Positions 18,076-28,391 of a DNA stretch of 31,356 bases are shown piece by piece. This DNA is from a candidate division WOR-3 bacterium. Its GTDB lineage: Bacteria; Hydrothermota; Tepidihabitantia; Tepidihabitantales; Tepidihabitantaceae. The first letter of the stretch is position 1. Every line of letters begins with the position of its first letter. Made by a program: the position numbers and the translations under genes. The DNA lies in NCBI GenBank assembly GCA_965648935.1, contig CBFGIY010000022.1, positions 1 to 31,356 of the forward strand, given 5' to 3'. Under the pieces are notes generated by a model. It saw only the letters and a list, made by a program, of their open reading frames with translations, did no database searches and was not told the DNA's origin.

Positions 18076-19479
18076 ATGAGGTCCAATGCTCGGCAGACCT
18101 CAGCGGCCCTTGCGGCCATACTTCTCCTCGGCGCGCTCTCAAGCGCGCGGGGGCAGTACGTCGAGGATTCGATAGACGTTGGCAGTGCGTGGGTCGGCTC
18201 GATGGCCTACAACCCCAACGTTGACGTCGTCTATGGCATTTCAGAGAGTGGTGGGTACGTCTTCGCCATTGACTGCCAGTCCAACATCGTTGTTAGCCAA
18301 GTTCCTAGCCCGAATCCTCTCAATATCGTGTTCAACTCGACCGAGAACAAGGCCTACGTTACAGTGTACAATAGCGTCGCGTGCGACTCGGTCCTGGTTG
18401 TCAACGGTGCGTCACACGGCCGCATTCGCACCATCCCTGTGCGGGGCGCGACGGACTTGGTCTGGGACTCGGCGTCAAACCGCGTCTACGTTTCCTGCGA
18501 CGACCAGTGGGATGTGAAGGTGATTGACTGCGCCACCGACTCGGTGATTGCGGTCATTCGCGTCGGCGACGGCCCGTTGAAGATGCACATCAATACCCGC
18601 CGCCGTAAGCTATACGTGCAGAACTACGATGGGCGGAGCCTCTCCATCGTCGACATGCAGATCAACCAGGTGACCCGGACGCTTCAGTTCAGCGCGCCGC
18701 TGCTCAGCGGCTGGTACTCAGCCGCGCTGGACAAGTACTTCTGCGGCGGCTTCGGCTGGCTGTATGTAGTTGGGGGTGGGGCAGACACAATAAGATCGGC
18801 AGAGGAACTGCCTGATGCGAACCGGCTCAACGGGATAACTGGCAATGACGCTGGCAGGCGTGTGTATGTGGGCGTGGATGGCTTCCAGCATGGCTCTGTG
18901 GTTGAGATTGATGCTGTTGCCGAGACCGTGCTGGCGAGAGTCGAGGTGCAGGAGGATCCCGAGTTCGTCTACTGGTCGGAGAGCAGTCGGCTACTCTATG
19001 CGCTGATGTACCGGACCGGGGTTGCCGTGTGCCGGGTAGACCCACTGCAGGTCGTGCGCACTCTGAGCGTGCAATCAGCCCCGTTTGTGGCCGCGTACTC
19101 GCCGCCTACCCGACGGCTCTATGTCGGGCACCTCAATTCCCGACTGGTCTACGTAATCAAGGACTCGGTCACTGGGCTCGCCGAGCACGATCCGGCATCC
19201 GCGAGGCCGAGCGCGGTTCTGCGAGTCAGTGGGAGCTGCTTCCGCGGCCGGGTGAGCGTAGAGTTGGACGTGCCGACAGAAGCCGATGCTCCGGAGCTTG
19301 CGGTTGTTTCGAGTGATGGGAGGGTCGAGGCGCGGCTATCAGGAAGCCGGGACGGCGGACAGGTTCGGTACATCTGGGCCGGGCTGAATGAGCGCGGGCA
19401 GCGCGCGTCGCGAGGCGTGTACGTGCTCATACCGAGTGATAGCCGCATCCGCGCCGTGACCGTGGTGAAGGTCGAGTAG
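18076..19479 (+). CDS. YVTN/YncE beta-propeller protein with degenerate CTD
   Basis: YNP...VY, NKAYV, VIDCATDSVIA.I.VG repeats, signal peptide. Confidence 0.88.
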   Translation: MRSNARQTSAALAAILLLGALSSARGQYVEDSIDVGSAWVGSMAYNPNVDVVYGISESGGYVFAIDCQSNIVVSQVPSPNPLNIVFNSTENKAYVTVYNSVACDSVLVVNGASHGRIRTIPVRGATDLVWDSASNRVYVSCDDQWDVKVIDCATDSVIAVIRVGDGPLKMHINTRRRKLYVQNYDGRSLSIVDMQINQVTRTLQFSAPLLSGWYSAALDKYFCGGFGWLYVVGGGADTIRSAEELPDANRLNGITGNDAGRRVYVGVDGFQHGSVVEIDAVAETVLARVEVQEDPEFVYWSESSRLLYALMYRTGVAVCRVDPLQVVRTLSVQSAPFVAAYSPPTRRLYVGHLNSRLVYVIKDSVTGLAEHDPASARPSAVLRVSGSCFRGRVSVELDVPTEADAPELAVVSSDGRVEARLSGSRDGGQVRYIWAGLNERGQRASRGVYVLIPSDSRIRAVTVVKVE

Positions 19480-19557
19480 TCGAGGCCGGTCCCGGCCCTG
19501 CGAAGTGCGGGCCGCGACAGGCAATCTGCAGAGCAGGTCCGCACAAGGAGGCAGGTC

Positions 19558-22500
19558 GTGAGCACAAGAGGGTTCTGCCAGGCTGTGTTGTTGTCCGCGA
19601 CGACGCTGATTGCGACTGCGTTGGCCGTGGAGCCCGATGTCGCGCCGGCATCCATCAAGATACTGGAGCAGTCGGCGTCGTACACGAAGATGGAACTGAG
19701 CTTCCCCGATGTGCTGGTTGACTACTGGGTTTGATGACTCGGCATTCTGCCAGCTCAGCATACCAGGCTGCCACTCCGCCGCGCTGGACGAGGGGAAGCC
19801 CGAGGTGCCTTCGTTCTCAGTCCTTCTTGCGGTGCCGGCAGACGCCAATGTGCAGCTAAGTGCCACATCTGAGGACTCCGCTGTATACACGGGCGTCGAC
19901 ATCTTCCCTCTGCAGCCCGAGTACGACATGAGCGACACCACCACTCCTGTGTTTGTCATCGACACGATGTTCTACGAACTGGACACGTCGTACCCAGTCG
20001 ATCGCCACGACTCCGGTTGCTCATCGACCTGGCGCGACTTCAGGGTTGTGAACATCAAGGTCTTTCCGGTTTCGGTCAACCCGGGACAACGGTCGTTCGT
20101 GCTGCACCGCACGATGCGACTGACCGTGGTTCACGTCGGTAGCGACATGGCCGACTCCGTAGCCGAGTTCATGATGCCGTTCTACTCGCGGTTCATTGAC
20201 AACTTCGCCGGCCTGGACTTGACGCCTGTCGACCCGCCGGGCGGTGCCCGACTGCTCGTCTTTGCTCCCTCCGTGTTCTCGCCCGAGTCGTCAGAGGCGG
20301 TCGACAGCCTGCTTCGATGGTACAGACAGAAGGGCATCCCGACCCGCCTGCTCACGGCGAGCGCATGGACTTCTCCGACGGCGGTCCGCTGCTCAATCGC
20401 CTACGAGCTGAGGCGCACCAGGGTTCTGCGGTGGGTTCTGCTCCTGGGTGACTCGTCGAAGATCGCCTCACGGCAGTTCGCCAAGCGACGCTGGTACTCG
20501 GGCAAGGAGGTCCCGCACTGTGATTACTGGTTCGGTGACTGCGACACGCTGGACCCTGATTCGTGCGATGACTGGCCCGAGGTGAGGATCGCCAGAATGC
20601 CTGCCCGAGATACGGCCGAGCTACACGCGGCAATCTGGAAGACGCTCGCCTACGAGCGCAACCCTCCTGTATCCGGCTGGCTGGACTCCATCACGCTGGT
20701 CTGTCACAAGAAGGACCTCAACGGGAACAAGTGGCTCAACTTCCCGAAGTTCGTCCACGGTTCGAAGTGGCAGATTGACACCCTCTGGGGTTATCACAGA
20801 CTCAAGACGGTGCTCATCGACGGCGGCGTGACCGGGACCGGGAACACGGACGTGACGAACGCACTCACCGCTGGCACTGGCGTCGTTCTGTATGCGGGCC
20901 ACGGCCTGCACGATCGCTGGGACACCTGGAACACTGCAGACGAGGACTGGACGTGCGAGAACGTCCGGGACCTCGCGAACGGGCAGCGAACGCCTGTGGT
21001 GTTCAACATAGCGTGCAACACCGGGGCGTACAGGTTGACCGACCCCGCGTTATCGGAGGTGTGGCTGTCAGAGCCACAGCGTGGTGCCGTTGCCAGCATC
21101 GGAGCGACTCGCAGCACGGAAGGCAGGCAGAATGCGTCACTGTGTGAGGTCATACCGCAGGCCTTCTGTGATACCACCGATGTCGTCGGGCCATCGGGGC
21201 AGACTAGGATGGCGCCAGTTCTGGATCTTGCAGGCGTCAAGACTTACGGCGACGCATACATAGCCAAGAACTTCAGCGTGCTAAGCAAGAGGGCCAAGAC
21301 CGGCAACATCTACCGCTACGTGGTCCACGGCAGCCCGGCATTGCCGATATGGATAGGCGGGATACCCGAAGCTGCCAAAGTCCAACATCCGTTGACCATC
21401 CTGGCAGGTACGGAGCTTGTCCAAGTGCGCGTGATGTTGCAGGACGGTCGACCTGTGTCGGGCGCTCGAGTCTGCCTCTGGCTGCCCGGCGACGATGCCC
21501 GGTGGTGGGCAGTCAGCGATAAGGAGGGCCTCGCTCGCGTGCCGTTCGGAAGTGGCGACACCGGCTCTCTGCTGCTGACAGTAACCGAGGGGCACGCGAC
21601 CACCGCGCCGCATACGCCGATGCTGCCGTATGTCGCGACGGTGAAGGTCGTGAGTTCTACGTGGTCGGAACTTGAAGAGGTCCCCCGGCAACCTAGCGAC
21701 AGGCCAGTGAAGGATGGAGGGTGGCTAACGTACTGCCCGGAGGACGGCAGAATCTATGCGGCCAAGGGGAACAAGACGGGCGACTTCTATGCGTTCAGCC
21801 TGGCTGGGGATTCGTGGGAGATCTTGGAAAGGATTCCGGAACGCAATCCGTCGGGCGATTGGCGTCCGCCCGGCAAAGGTTGCCGTGGCGTTGCGGCTGA
21901 ATCTTGCCTCTACGTCGTCAAGGGTAACAACACACGCGAGTTCCTCAAGTACCACATCGCCGGCGACTCCTGGACCCGCCTACCTGACGTCGACAGCATT
22001 GGCAAGCGCGTGAAGCAGGGCTCTGACCTGGCCTACGCGAAACTGGGCGATACCGGTTACGTCTACCTGCTCAAGGGGCCGCGCTGTGAGTTCTATCGCT
22101 ACAACACGGTGAGCAACATCTGGCAGGCGCTGCCCGATGCGCCGATTGGCCAGCGGGCCAAATGGGACGATGGGTCGTGGCTCGTGTTCGACGGCGATAG
22201 CACCATCTACGCGCACAAAGCCCGATATCACGAGATGTGGGCCTACAACGTGGTCCTCGGCACTTGGAGCGGGCCCATAGAGGGAATGCCCTACTACTCG
22301 ATGACGGGCAAGCGCAAGAAGCTCAAGTATGGTGGAGGCGCAGCGTGGTGTGACAGCGTCATCGTGGCGACCAAGGGCGGCAAGTGCAACGAAGTCTGGG
22401 TCTGGTATCCGGGTCAAGGCTGGGCGGAAGCTGAGACCGTCCCACTGGTCAATCAGCACAGCGAACGAAGGCGTCTGGGGAGAGGCAGTGACCTCATTTC

Positions 22501-24082
22501 AGTGTCGGGCGTAGGCGTGTTCGCGTTCAAGGGCGAGAAAACGCGCGACTTCTGGTAAGCCCCGACGCTGGGGACCGGTGTTGGAAGTTGCGGCGACCGA
22601 GCGAGCAAGGCCGGCGGCGGAGCGGCATTCGGGAACGAAGACGCCGTGTTCGACGGCTACGAGGCCGAGCGGCCGCGATGGAACTCGTCCGGAACGGCCG
22701 TGACCTACTTCAGAGAGGACAGCGCCACGGGCTGCAACGCCATTTTCGTCGTCGCTGACGGCAAAGAGACGCAGCTTACCTTCGAGCCGACCGACTGCGA
22801 GAACCCGGTGTTCAGGCCGGGCGGCAATGAGGTGGCGTTCCAGATGCTGGACACGGTCACCGACTGTTGGCAGATCTGTTTCGTGCCCCTGGGTTCATTC
22901 GAGGGCGGCGCTGCTGATGAGGCGAGCATCGCCGGGCCAGTCTCGGCCGATGCGGCTTCCGTGGATGCATCCGAGCAGGTCGACGCGCCCGCAGCCCTTG
23001 CCGCTTCACCCGGCCGCCCGCAACGCGGCGGCAGGAGCAACGGCTCCTTCGGCACCATCTACCAGCTCACGTTCGACGACCGCGACCACGAGAACCCGGA
23101 ATGGTCGCCCGATGGCGAGTGGCTGGTCTGCACGGTAGAGGATACCACTGGGTATGCACAGCTCCTCCGCGTCAGGATGGACGGCAGTTGCGAGGAACAG
23201 CTCACCTTTGACGAGGCCGACCACGAATGGCCCAAGTACCTGACCGATGAGAGGATAGTCTACCAGCACGGGCCGGACGACGATTACGACCAGGTCTGCG
23301 TCTTCGACCTGGGCAGCCAGACGATAGTCCAGTTGACCGACGGCGAGACCGACTTCGAGAAGCCCGACCCGTCCATCTACGGCGACCTCGTGGCTTACCA
23401 GGCCCTCGATGACGACGGCACGTACCAGATTGGCCAGGTGTCGGCGACCGGCGACAACCAGCAGTGGCTGAGCTACGGCGGCGACCTCGACATCGAGGAA
23501 CCCGACTTCTCGCCGGACGAGGTAACGGTCTACGCCGTGCGCTGGCAGGGACTGACCAGTGAGATAGGCTGGGTGGGCGATGCCGCCACGCAGCAGTTCG
23601 AGCCGATTACCGACGATGACTACATCCGGGACAACCCGGACGCGGCCTACAACTCCATCCTGTGCGTCAACAACGTCATCTACGAGCGTGAGTACCCGAG
23701 CCCGACCTATGGCGACGGCCCGCGACGGCGCAAGCCCGGGACGGGCATCTACCTGACCCGGCACAAGCGCAAGCCGAGCGACGGACAGCAGACTGCGGCC
23801 ACTCTCAGGCTCGCGCTGGAGCGCGCCGAGCCCAACCCGGCAAGGACCGGGCTGATCATCCACTGGCAGGTGCCGACCAGACAGCCGGTCAGCCCGCGGG
23901 TGTACAACACGGCGGGCAGGCTGGTGCGGGTGCTGGAGGAAGGCGAGCGAGCGCCGGGGCGGTACTCGACCCGCTGGAACGGCCGGGACGATACGGGCCG
24001 CAGGCTGGCCGCTGGCGTGCACTTCTACGCGCTTGAGGCGGGTGAACGCAGGCTGAGCCGGAAGGTCGTGCTGGCGGAGTAG
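19558..24082 (+). pseudogene. Gingipain-like C25 peptidase - Kelch propeller - TolB/PD40 propeller - FlgD CTD, broken by a frameshift (~19720-19734) and an in-frame stop (22556-22558)
   Basis: GTG 19558 with AAGGAGG SD and a signal peptide stops at 19734, and the propeptide continues in +1 frame. C25 motifs YAGHG and IACNTG, KGN.T..F Kelch repeats. The ORF at 22646-24082 is in frame with 19709-22558 across a single TAA. Confidence 0.75.
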
Positions 24083-24097
24083 GTCATTGTGTCTGAT

Positions 24098-24133
24098 CAC
24101 AGGAGGCGGGTTGCGGCCCGCCTCCTGTGTTGT
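24098..24133 (+). terminator. Rho-independent terminator
   Basis: 13-bp stem CACAGGAGGCGGG/CCCGCCTCCTGTG then TTGT. Confidence 0.7.
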
Positions 24134-24147
24134 CGGGCCGGGGCGGC

Positions 24148-24181
24148 TTGACGGGCGCGGAGCGTGCCCTAGGATTGGCGC
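24148..24181 (+). promoter_or_regulatory. Leaderless promoter TTGACG-N16-TAGGAT-N6-GTG
   Basis: -10 at 24170-24175, GTG at 24182. Confidence 0.65.
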
Positions 24182-25363
24182 GTGACAGCGATACTGCTGC
24201 TCGCGCTCGCCCTCGCGCCGGTCGAGGTCGTCGAGACCGCGCCCGAGGGCTCGGGGCTGGGGGACGCGCAGGTGGCGGACGCCATCGACGTGCTGCCGGG
24301 GCTGTTCAATTCGGCGCGCTCATCCATCGACCTCGCCCAGATGTACCTGCTCTACTACCCGCCGCACAGCAAGGGCCGCGCGCTCTACCCGCTGTATGAC
24401 GCGCTCATCGCCGCGGCCCAGCGCGGGGTGCGCGTGCGCATCATCGTCGATTCGGTCACGCTGGAGGAGAGCCCGAACGAGACCTATCACCGGATGCCGC
24501 GCGAACTAGGCAACGTGCCGGGCATCGAGGTGCGCTCAGTCGACCTGCGGCCGCACAGCGACTACCCGGGTTGCCTGATGCACGCGAAGTACTGCCTCAT
24601 CGACGGCGCAGTCGCGCTGGTCGGCTCGCACAACTGGAGCTTCGGCGCATTCCGGGACAACCGGGAGATATCAGTCGTGGTGAGGGACACAGCGTTTGGG
24701 CGCGAGTTGGGGAAGGTGTTTGAGACAGACTGGAATGCCACAGCGAATGACCAATCAGGAGTTGCGAATGTCGAAACCGGGCAGGCGGACGGAGTCAAAA
24801 GCCGGAAGCCAAAGGCCAAAAGCCAAAACTTCGACGGCGTAGCACGGCTCGTGCTGACCAGCCCCGCGGGGCTGCGCGATACGATGCAGCTTTCCACTGC
24901 CGCGGCGCTGGCTGTGGTGTGTGCCGCGGCTGAGTCGACACTCGATGTCGCGGGCAACAGCATTTCGGACCGGGTCGATTTCGGCGCTGACAAGCGGTTC
25001 GGGCTGGTCGAGTCGCTGCTCGGGGCCGCGGCCGGGCGCGGGGTGCGCGTGCGGTTGCTTGCCGACAAGTGGGCGCTGGAGCACGACGCGACCCTGCTTC
25101 GGCGGCTGGACAGCGTGCCGAACCTGTCGGTGCGCGTCATCGACATCGCGCGGGCCGGAGCGAACCCGCGCGCGGGCACGATGCATTCCAAGCTTGTCAT
25201 CGCCGACCGCAAGCTGGCGATGGTCGGGTCGGCGACCCTGAGCCAGCGCCAGGTGCTGGAGTGCCGCAATGTCGGCGCGGTCATCGCGGACAGCGCGGCC
25301 ATCTCGAAGCTTGAGCGGCTGTTCGAGCGGGACTGGTTCTCGACCTATGCCCGCGCGCCCTGA
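24182..25363 (+). CDS. Secreted phospholipase D-superfamily protein (two HKD motifs; PLD3/K4-like)
   Basis: HAKYCLID....GSHNW and HSKLVIAD....GSA, signal peptide. Confidence 0.9.
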   Translation: MTAILLLALALAPVEVVETAPEGSGLGDAQVADAIDVLPGLFNSARSSIDLAQMYLLYYPPHSKGRALYPLYDALIAAAQRGVRVRIIVDSVTLEESPNETYHRMPRELGNVPGIEVRSVDLRPHSDYPGCLMHAKYCLIDGAVALVGSHNWSFGAFRDNREISVVVRDTAFGRELGKVFETDWNATANDQSGVANVETGQADGVKSRKPKAKSQNFDGVARLVLTSPAGLRDTMQLSTAAALAVVCAAAESTLDVAGNSISDRVDFGADKRFGLVESLLGAAAGRGVRVRLLADKWALEHDATLLRRLDSVPNLSVRVIDIARAGANPRAGTMHSKLVIADRKLAMVGSATLSQRQVLECRNVGAVIADSAAISKLERLFERDWFSTYARAP

Positions 25364-25413
25364 GCCCAGTTGCCTTGACCGGCAGGGGGCAGGGGCTATG
25401 ATTGGAGCGTAGC

Positions 25414-27144
25414 GTGAGAGCGATTTTCCTTGCCATCCTGCTGTCCGGCGCGACCGGCATCGCCTCGGCCCAGGCGCCGCGCGAGCGCTGGATTGGGTTC
25501 CAGCCGGCATACCGCCACGCCATCGAGCGGCCCGAGCCGGGACGGTTCCCGTTCGCGCCCGACGCGTTCCCGACCACCCAGGACACGCTCTACTACGACG
25601 ACAACACCGCGACGCTGGCCTGGGCCTGGCCCGACACCGGTTCGGGCTGGGGCGTGAAGTTCACCGCGCCGGGCGAGGGCGTCACGCTGGCCGGCGCGCT
25701 GGTCTACTTCTACGGCCTGCAGTGGCCGCCGCCCGGCGGCAACTCGGCGGCGGTGCGCGTGTTCGCGGCCGACGGGCAGAACGGCGCGCCCGGGACCCTT
25801 CTCTGGGCGAACGAGAGCCTGACCATTGTCCGCGGCGCCTGGAATTACGTGCCGGTCGGCGAGACCCTGCCCGGCACCGAGTTCTACCTGTTCTATATCC
25901 AGAATGGCATTTTCCCGTACTGCCCGGGCGTCTGCACCGACGCGCGCGAGAACGCGGGGGACGGCCGGCGCTGGCAGTACACGCCCGCGGGCGGGTTCGC
26001 GCCTGACGGCCGGCGCGGGGACTGGCTGATCCGGCCGGTGCTGGATTGGGAGCCGCAGGCGGTGAATGCGGCCGCGGCCCGCTTCTGGAACGCGCTGCCG
26101 CGCGATACCCAGCCGGGCGCGAGTCTGCCCTTGACCGTGGCGCTGCGCTCCCTGGGCACGGGCGAACTTCCGGCCGGCACGCCGGTGCGGCTGCGCGTGG
26201 ACGGGCCGGGCGGCTACACCTTCGCGGCCGAAACCACGCTCGGCGCGGCGCTGGGGCGGGGTGAGTTGCGGCCGGTGCGGCTGCCCGAATGGACGGTGCC
26301 GGGACAGGCCGGAACTTACCGCATCGCGGCCTGGGTCGAGGCCGCGGGCGAGCAGTGGCCGTACGACGACACGCTCTACTGGAGCCTGGGCATCTCGCAG
26401 TGGGTCGGCTATGCCAACTACGGCCCGCCGCGCTACTGGCTGCACTGGGCAAAGGAACGCGCGGTTCAGTTCAACCCGGTCGACTTCGGGCTTGAGTATC
26501 CGGTCAGCCTGACGCGGCTGCGCGCGGTGTTCGCCTCAGACGGCCCGGCCTGGCGCGATTCGAGTTTCCGGTTCCGGCTCTATTCGGGCGACGGCGCGAC
26601 GGTGCTGTACGAGTCGGGCCTGATCAAGGCCGTTGCCGGTCGGCCCGGGCCGCCGGTGATATGCGAGCTGGATTCGGTCGTGGTCATCGACACGGGCCGG
26701 TTCTGGGTGGCGGTGCGGCCGCGGGACACATCGGGCCTGCCCGGCTCGGTCGCGGACGACAGCGCCCAGGGCCGCAGCTTCTACAAGGACTCATCCGACT
26801 GGCAGGCGCTTGAGGTCGGTGAGTACCTGATGTCGGCGTCGGTGCAGGCCGGGGCCGGCATCAACGAAGGCCGCCCGGCGGGCGCGTTGCCGCGCGCGCG
26901 CATCAGCGCGAGCCCGAACCCGGCGCGCGGCCGCGTACGGGTGGCGTGGTCGCTTGAGCGCGCCGCGGCGCACAGGGTCCTGCTCGTTGACGCGGCCGGG
27001 CGAACGGTCGCGCAGTTGTGGGCCGGGACCGGGCAGGGCGGGGAAGCGAAACTCGACCTCGGCGGGCTCGGGGCCGGGTGCTACTTCCTGCGGCTCGAGG
27101 GCGGGGCCGGCGCGAAGGCGCGCGCGCTGGTCGTCACGCGCTAG
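25414..27144 (+). CDS. Secreted hypothetical protein (two similar beta-sandwich domains, Ig-like domain, T9SS CTD)
   Basis: Promoter TTGACC-N16-TATGAT at 25375-25402, GTG 25414, TLYYDD / V.F.P domains, PNPARG...DAAGR.V...GAGCYFLRL. Confidence 0.82.
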   Translation: MRAIFLAILLSGATGIASAQAPRERWIGFQPAYRHAIERPEPGRFPFAPDAFPTTQDTLYYDDNTATLAWAWPDTGSGWGVKFTAPGEGVTLAGALVYFYGLQWPPPGGNSAAVRVFAADGQNGAPGTLLWANESLTIVRGAWNYVPVGETLPGTEFYLFYIQNGIFPYCPGVCTDARENAGDGRRWQYTPAGGFAPDGRRGDWLIRPVLDWEPQAVNAAAARFWNALPRDTQPGASLPLTVALRSLGTGELPAGTPVRLRVDGPGGYTFAAETTLGAALGRGELRPVRLPEWTVPGQAGTYRIAAWVEAAGEQWPYDDTLYWSLGISQWVGYANYGPPRYWLHWAKERAVQFNPVDFGLEYPVSLTRLRAVFASDGPAWRDSSFRFRLYSGDGATVLYESGLIKAVAGRPGPPVICELDSVVVIDTGRFWVAVRPRDTSGLPGSVADDSAQGRSFYKDSSDWQALEVGEYLMSASVQAGAGINEGRPAGALPRARISASPNPARGRVRVAWSLERAAAHRVLLVDAAGRTVAQLWAGTGQGGEAKLDLGGLGAGCYFLRLEGGAGAKARALVVTR

Positions 27145-27575
27145 TCTTCACAGGGCGATTCGGTCGGCGGCGCGGCCCTGGGGCCGCGCTTCTTTCGCGC
27201 CGCGGCGTCGGCCTCGGCCTCGAGCTTGTGCAGTTCGGGGTCGGACAGGCCGAAGTGGTGCCCGACCTCGTGGATGACCACGCGGCGCACCAGCCGGCGC
27301 ACGCCCTCGCGCGTGCGGCAGAGCCGTTCAATCGGCTTCTGGAAGATGAGAATCCGGTCGGGCATGACGCCCGCGTACCAGTGGTTGCGGCGCGTCAGGG
27401 GCACGCCCTGGTACACGCCCAGCACCTGCCAGGGATGCTTGCCCAGGTTCCGCGCAAGGTCGGGCGGGGCCAGCGGCATCACATCAATCGAGACATTGTC
27501 GATGCGCGAACGGAAGTAGTCGGGAATCCCCGCGACCGCCTCATCGACCAGCTCCTGGAATATCTCCGTATCCAT
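27141..27575 (-). CDS. Minimal zincin metallopeptidase (Zincin_1/DUF1025)
   Basis: LGVYQGVPL..R, PDRI.IF..PI, HEVGHHFG; start overlaps the yggS stop (TGATG). Confidence 0.92.
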   Translation of the reverse strand: MDTEIFQELVDEAVAGIPDYFRSRIDNVSIDVMPLAPPDLARNLGKHPWQVLGVYQGVPLTRRNHWYAGVMPDRILIFQKPIERLCRTREGVRRLVRRVVIHEVGHHFGLSDPELHKLEAEADAAARKKRGPRAAPPTESPCED

Positions 27576-28264
27576 CAGGCAGGGCGCGGGCCGAAGATGG
27601 CGGTGCCGACGCGGATGATTGTCGCGCCTTCCTCGATGCCGACCGCGAAATCAGAGCTCATCCCCATCGAGAGTTCGGGCAGGGCGATGCCGAAGCGCCT
27701 GCGATTGTCCTCGGCGAGCCGGCGCAGGAGCGCGAAGCAGGGCCGCGACGCCTCGGGGTCCTCGATTGCCAGGCCGGGGCCGATGGTCATCAGGCCGGCA
27801 AGCTCGATGCGGTCCAGCTTCAGCACCGCCTCGATGAGCGCGGGCAGGCTGTCGGGCGCGACGCCGTGCTTGGACGCCTCGGCCGAGGTGTTGACCTCGA
27901 TGTGCGCGGGAACGCGGCGGTCGAGGGCGGCAGCCCGGCGGTTGATTTCCTCGGCAAGGTGAGCCGAGTCGATGCTCTGGATGGTGTCGAAGAGCTCCAG
28001 CGCGCGTCTGGCCTTGTTGGTCTGCAGAGAGCCGACGAGGTGCCAGCGGCAGGTGAGGGGCACAAGTGGCTTCTTGGCCGCGGCTTCCTGCACCCGGTTC
28101 TCGCCGACATCGGTGATGCCGGCGCGGATGGCTTCGGTCACCTCATCGGCGGTGCGGGTCTTGGTCACGGCCACGAGCAGCACGTCGACCCGCGCACGTC
28201 CGGCGCGCGCGCACGCCGCGTCAATCTGCTCCTCGAGCCGCGCGAGCTTCTCGGCAATGCTCAC
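27575..28264 (-). CDS. yggS: YggS/PLPBP pyridoxal-phosphate homeostasis protein
   Basis: LVAVTKT, GENRVQE, WHLVGSLQTNK, GLMTIG, LSMGMSSDF, IRVGTAIFG. Start revised to GTG 28264 (VSIAEKL). Confidence 0.95.
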   Translation of the reverse strand: MSIAEKLARLEEQIDAACARAGRARVDVLLVAVTKTRTADEVTEAIRAGITDVGENRVQEAAAKKPLVPLTCRWHLVGSLQTNKARRALELFDTIQSIDSAHLAEEINRRAAALDRRVPAHIEVNTSAEASKHGVAPDSLPALIEAVLKLDRIELAGLMTIGPGLAIEDPEASRPCFALLRRLAEDNRRRFGIALPELSMGMSSDFAVGIEEGATIIRVGTAIFGPRPA

Positions 28265-28299
28265 GCGTCGAGTATAGCCATCGAGGCGGTCGCGGGCAA
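28265..28299 (-). promoter_or_regulatory. Leaderless promoter TTGCCC-N17-TATACT-N6-GTG for yggS
   Basis: -35 at 28299-28294, -10 at 28276-28271. Confidence 0.65.
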
Positions 28300-28391
28300 G
28301 CGCAGTGGCGTTTCTTGTAGCGTACTGACCAGCCTGCCGACGTCCCACTGCGACTGAATTCTGGTTGCGGCGTGGGATAGGACTTGACGAG

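Noticed and set aside
22556..22558. Programmed stop read-through or alternative genetic code
   Set aside because: The codon is TAA, other genes end normally at TAG/TGA, and the same gene has an independent frameshift. Decay or sequencing error is simpler.
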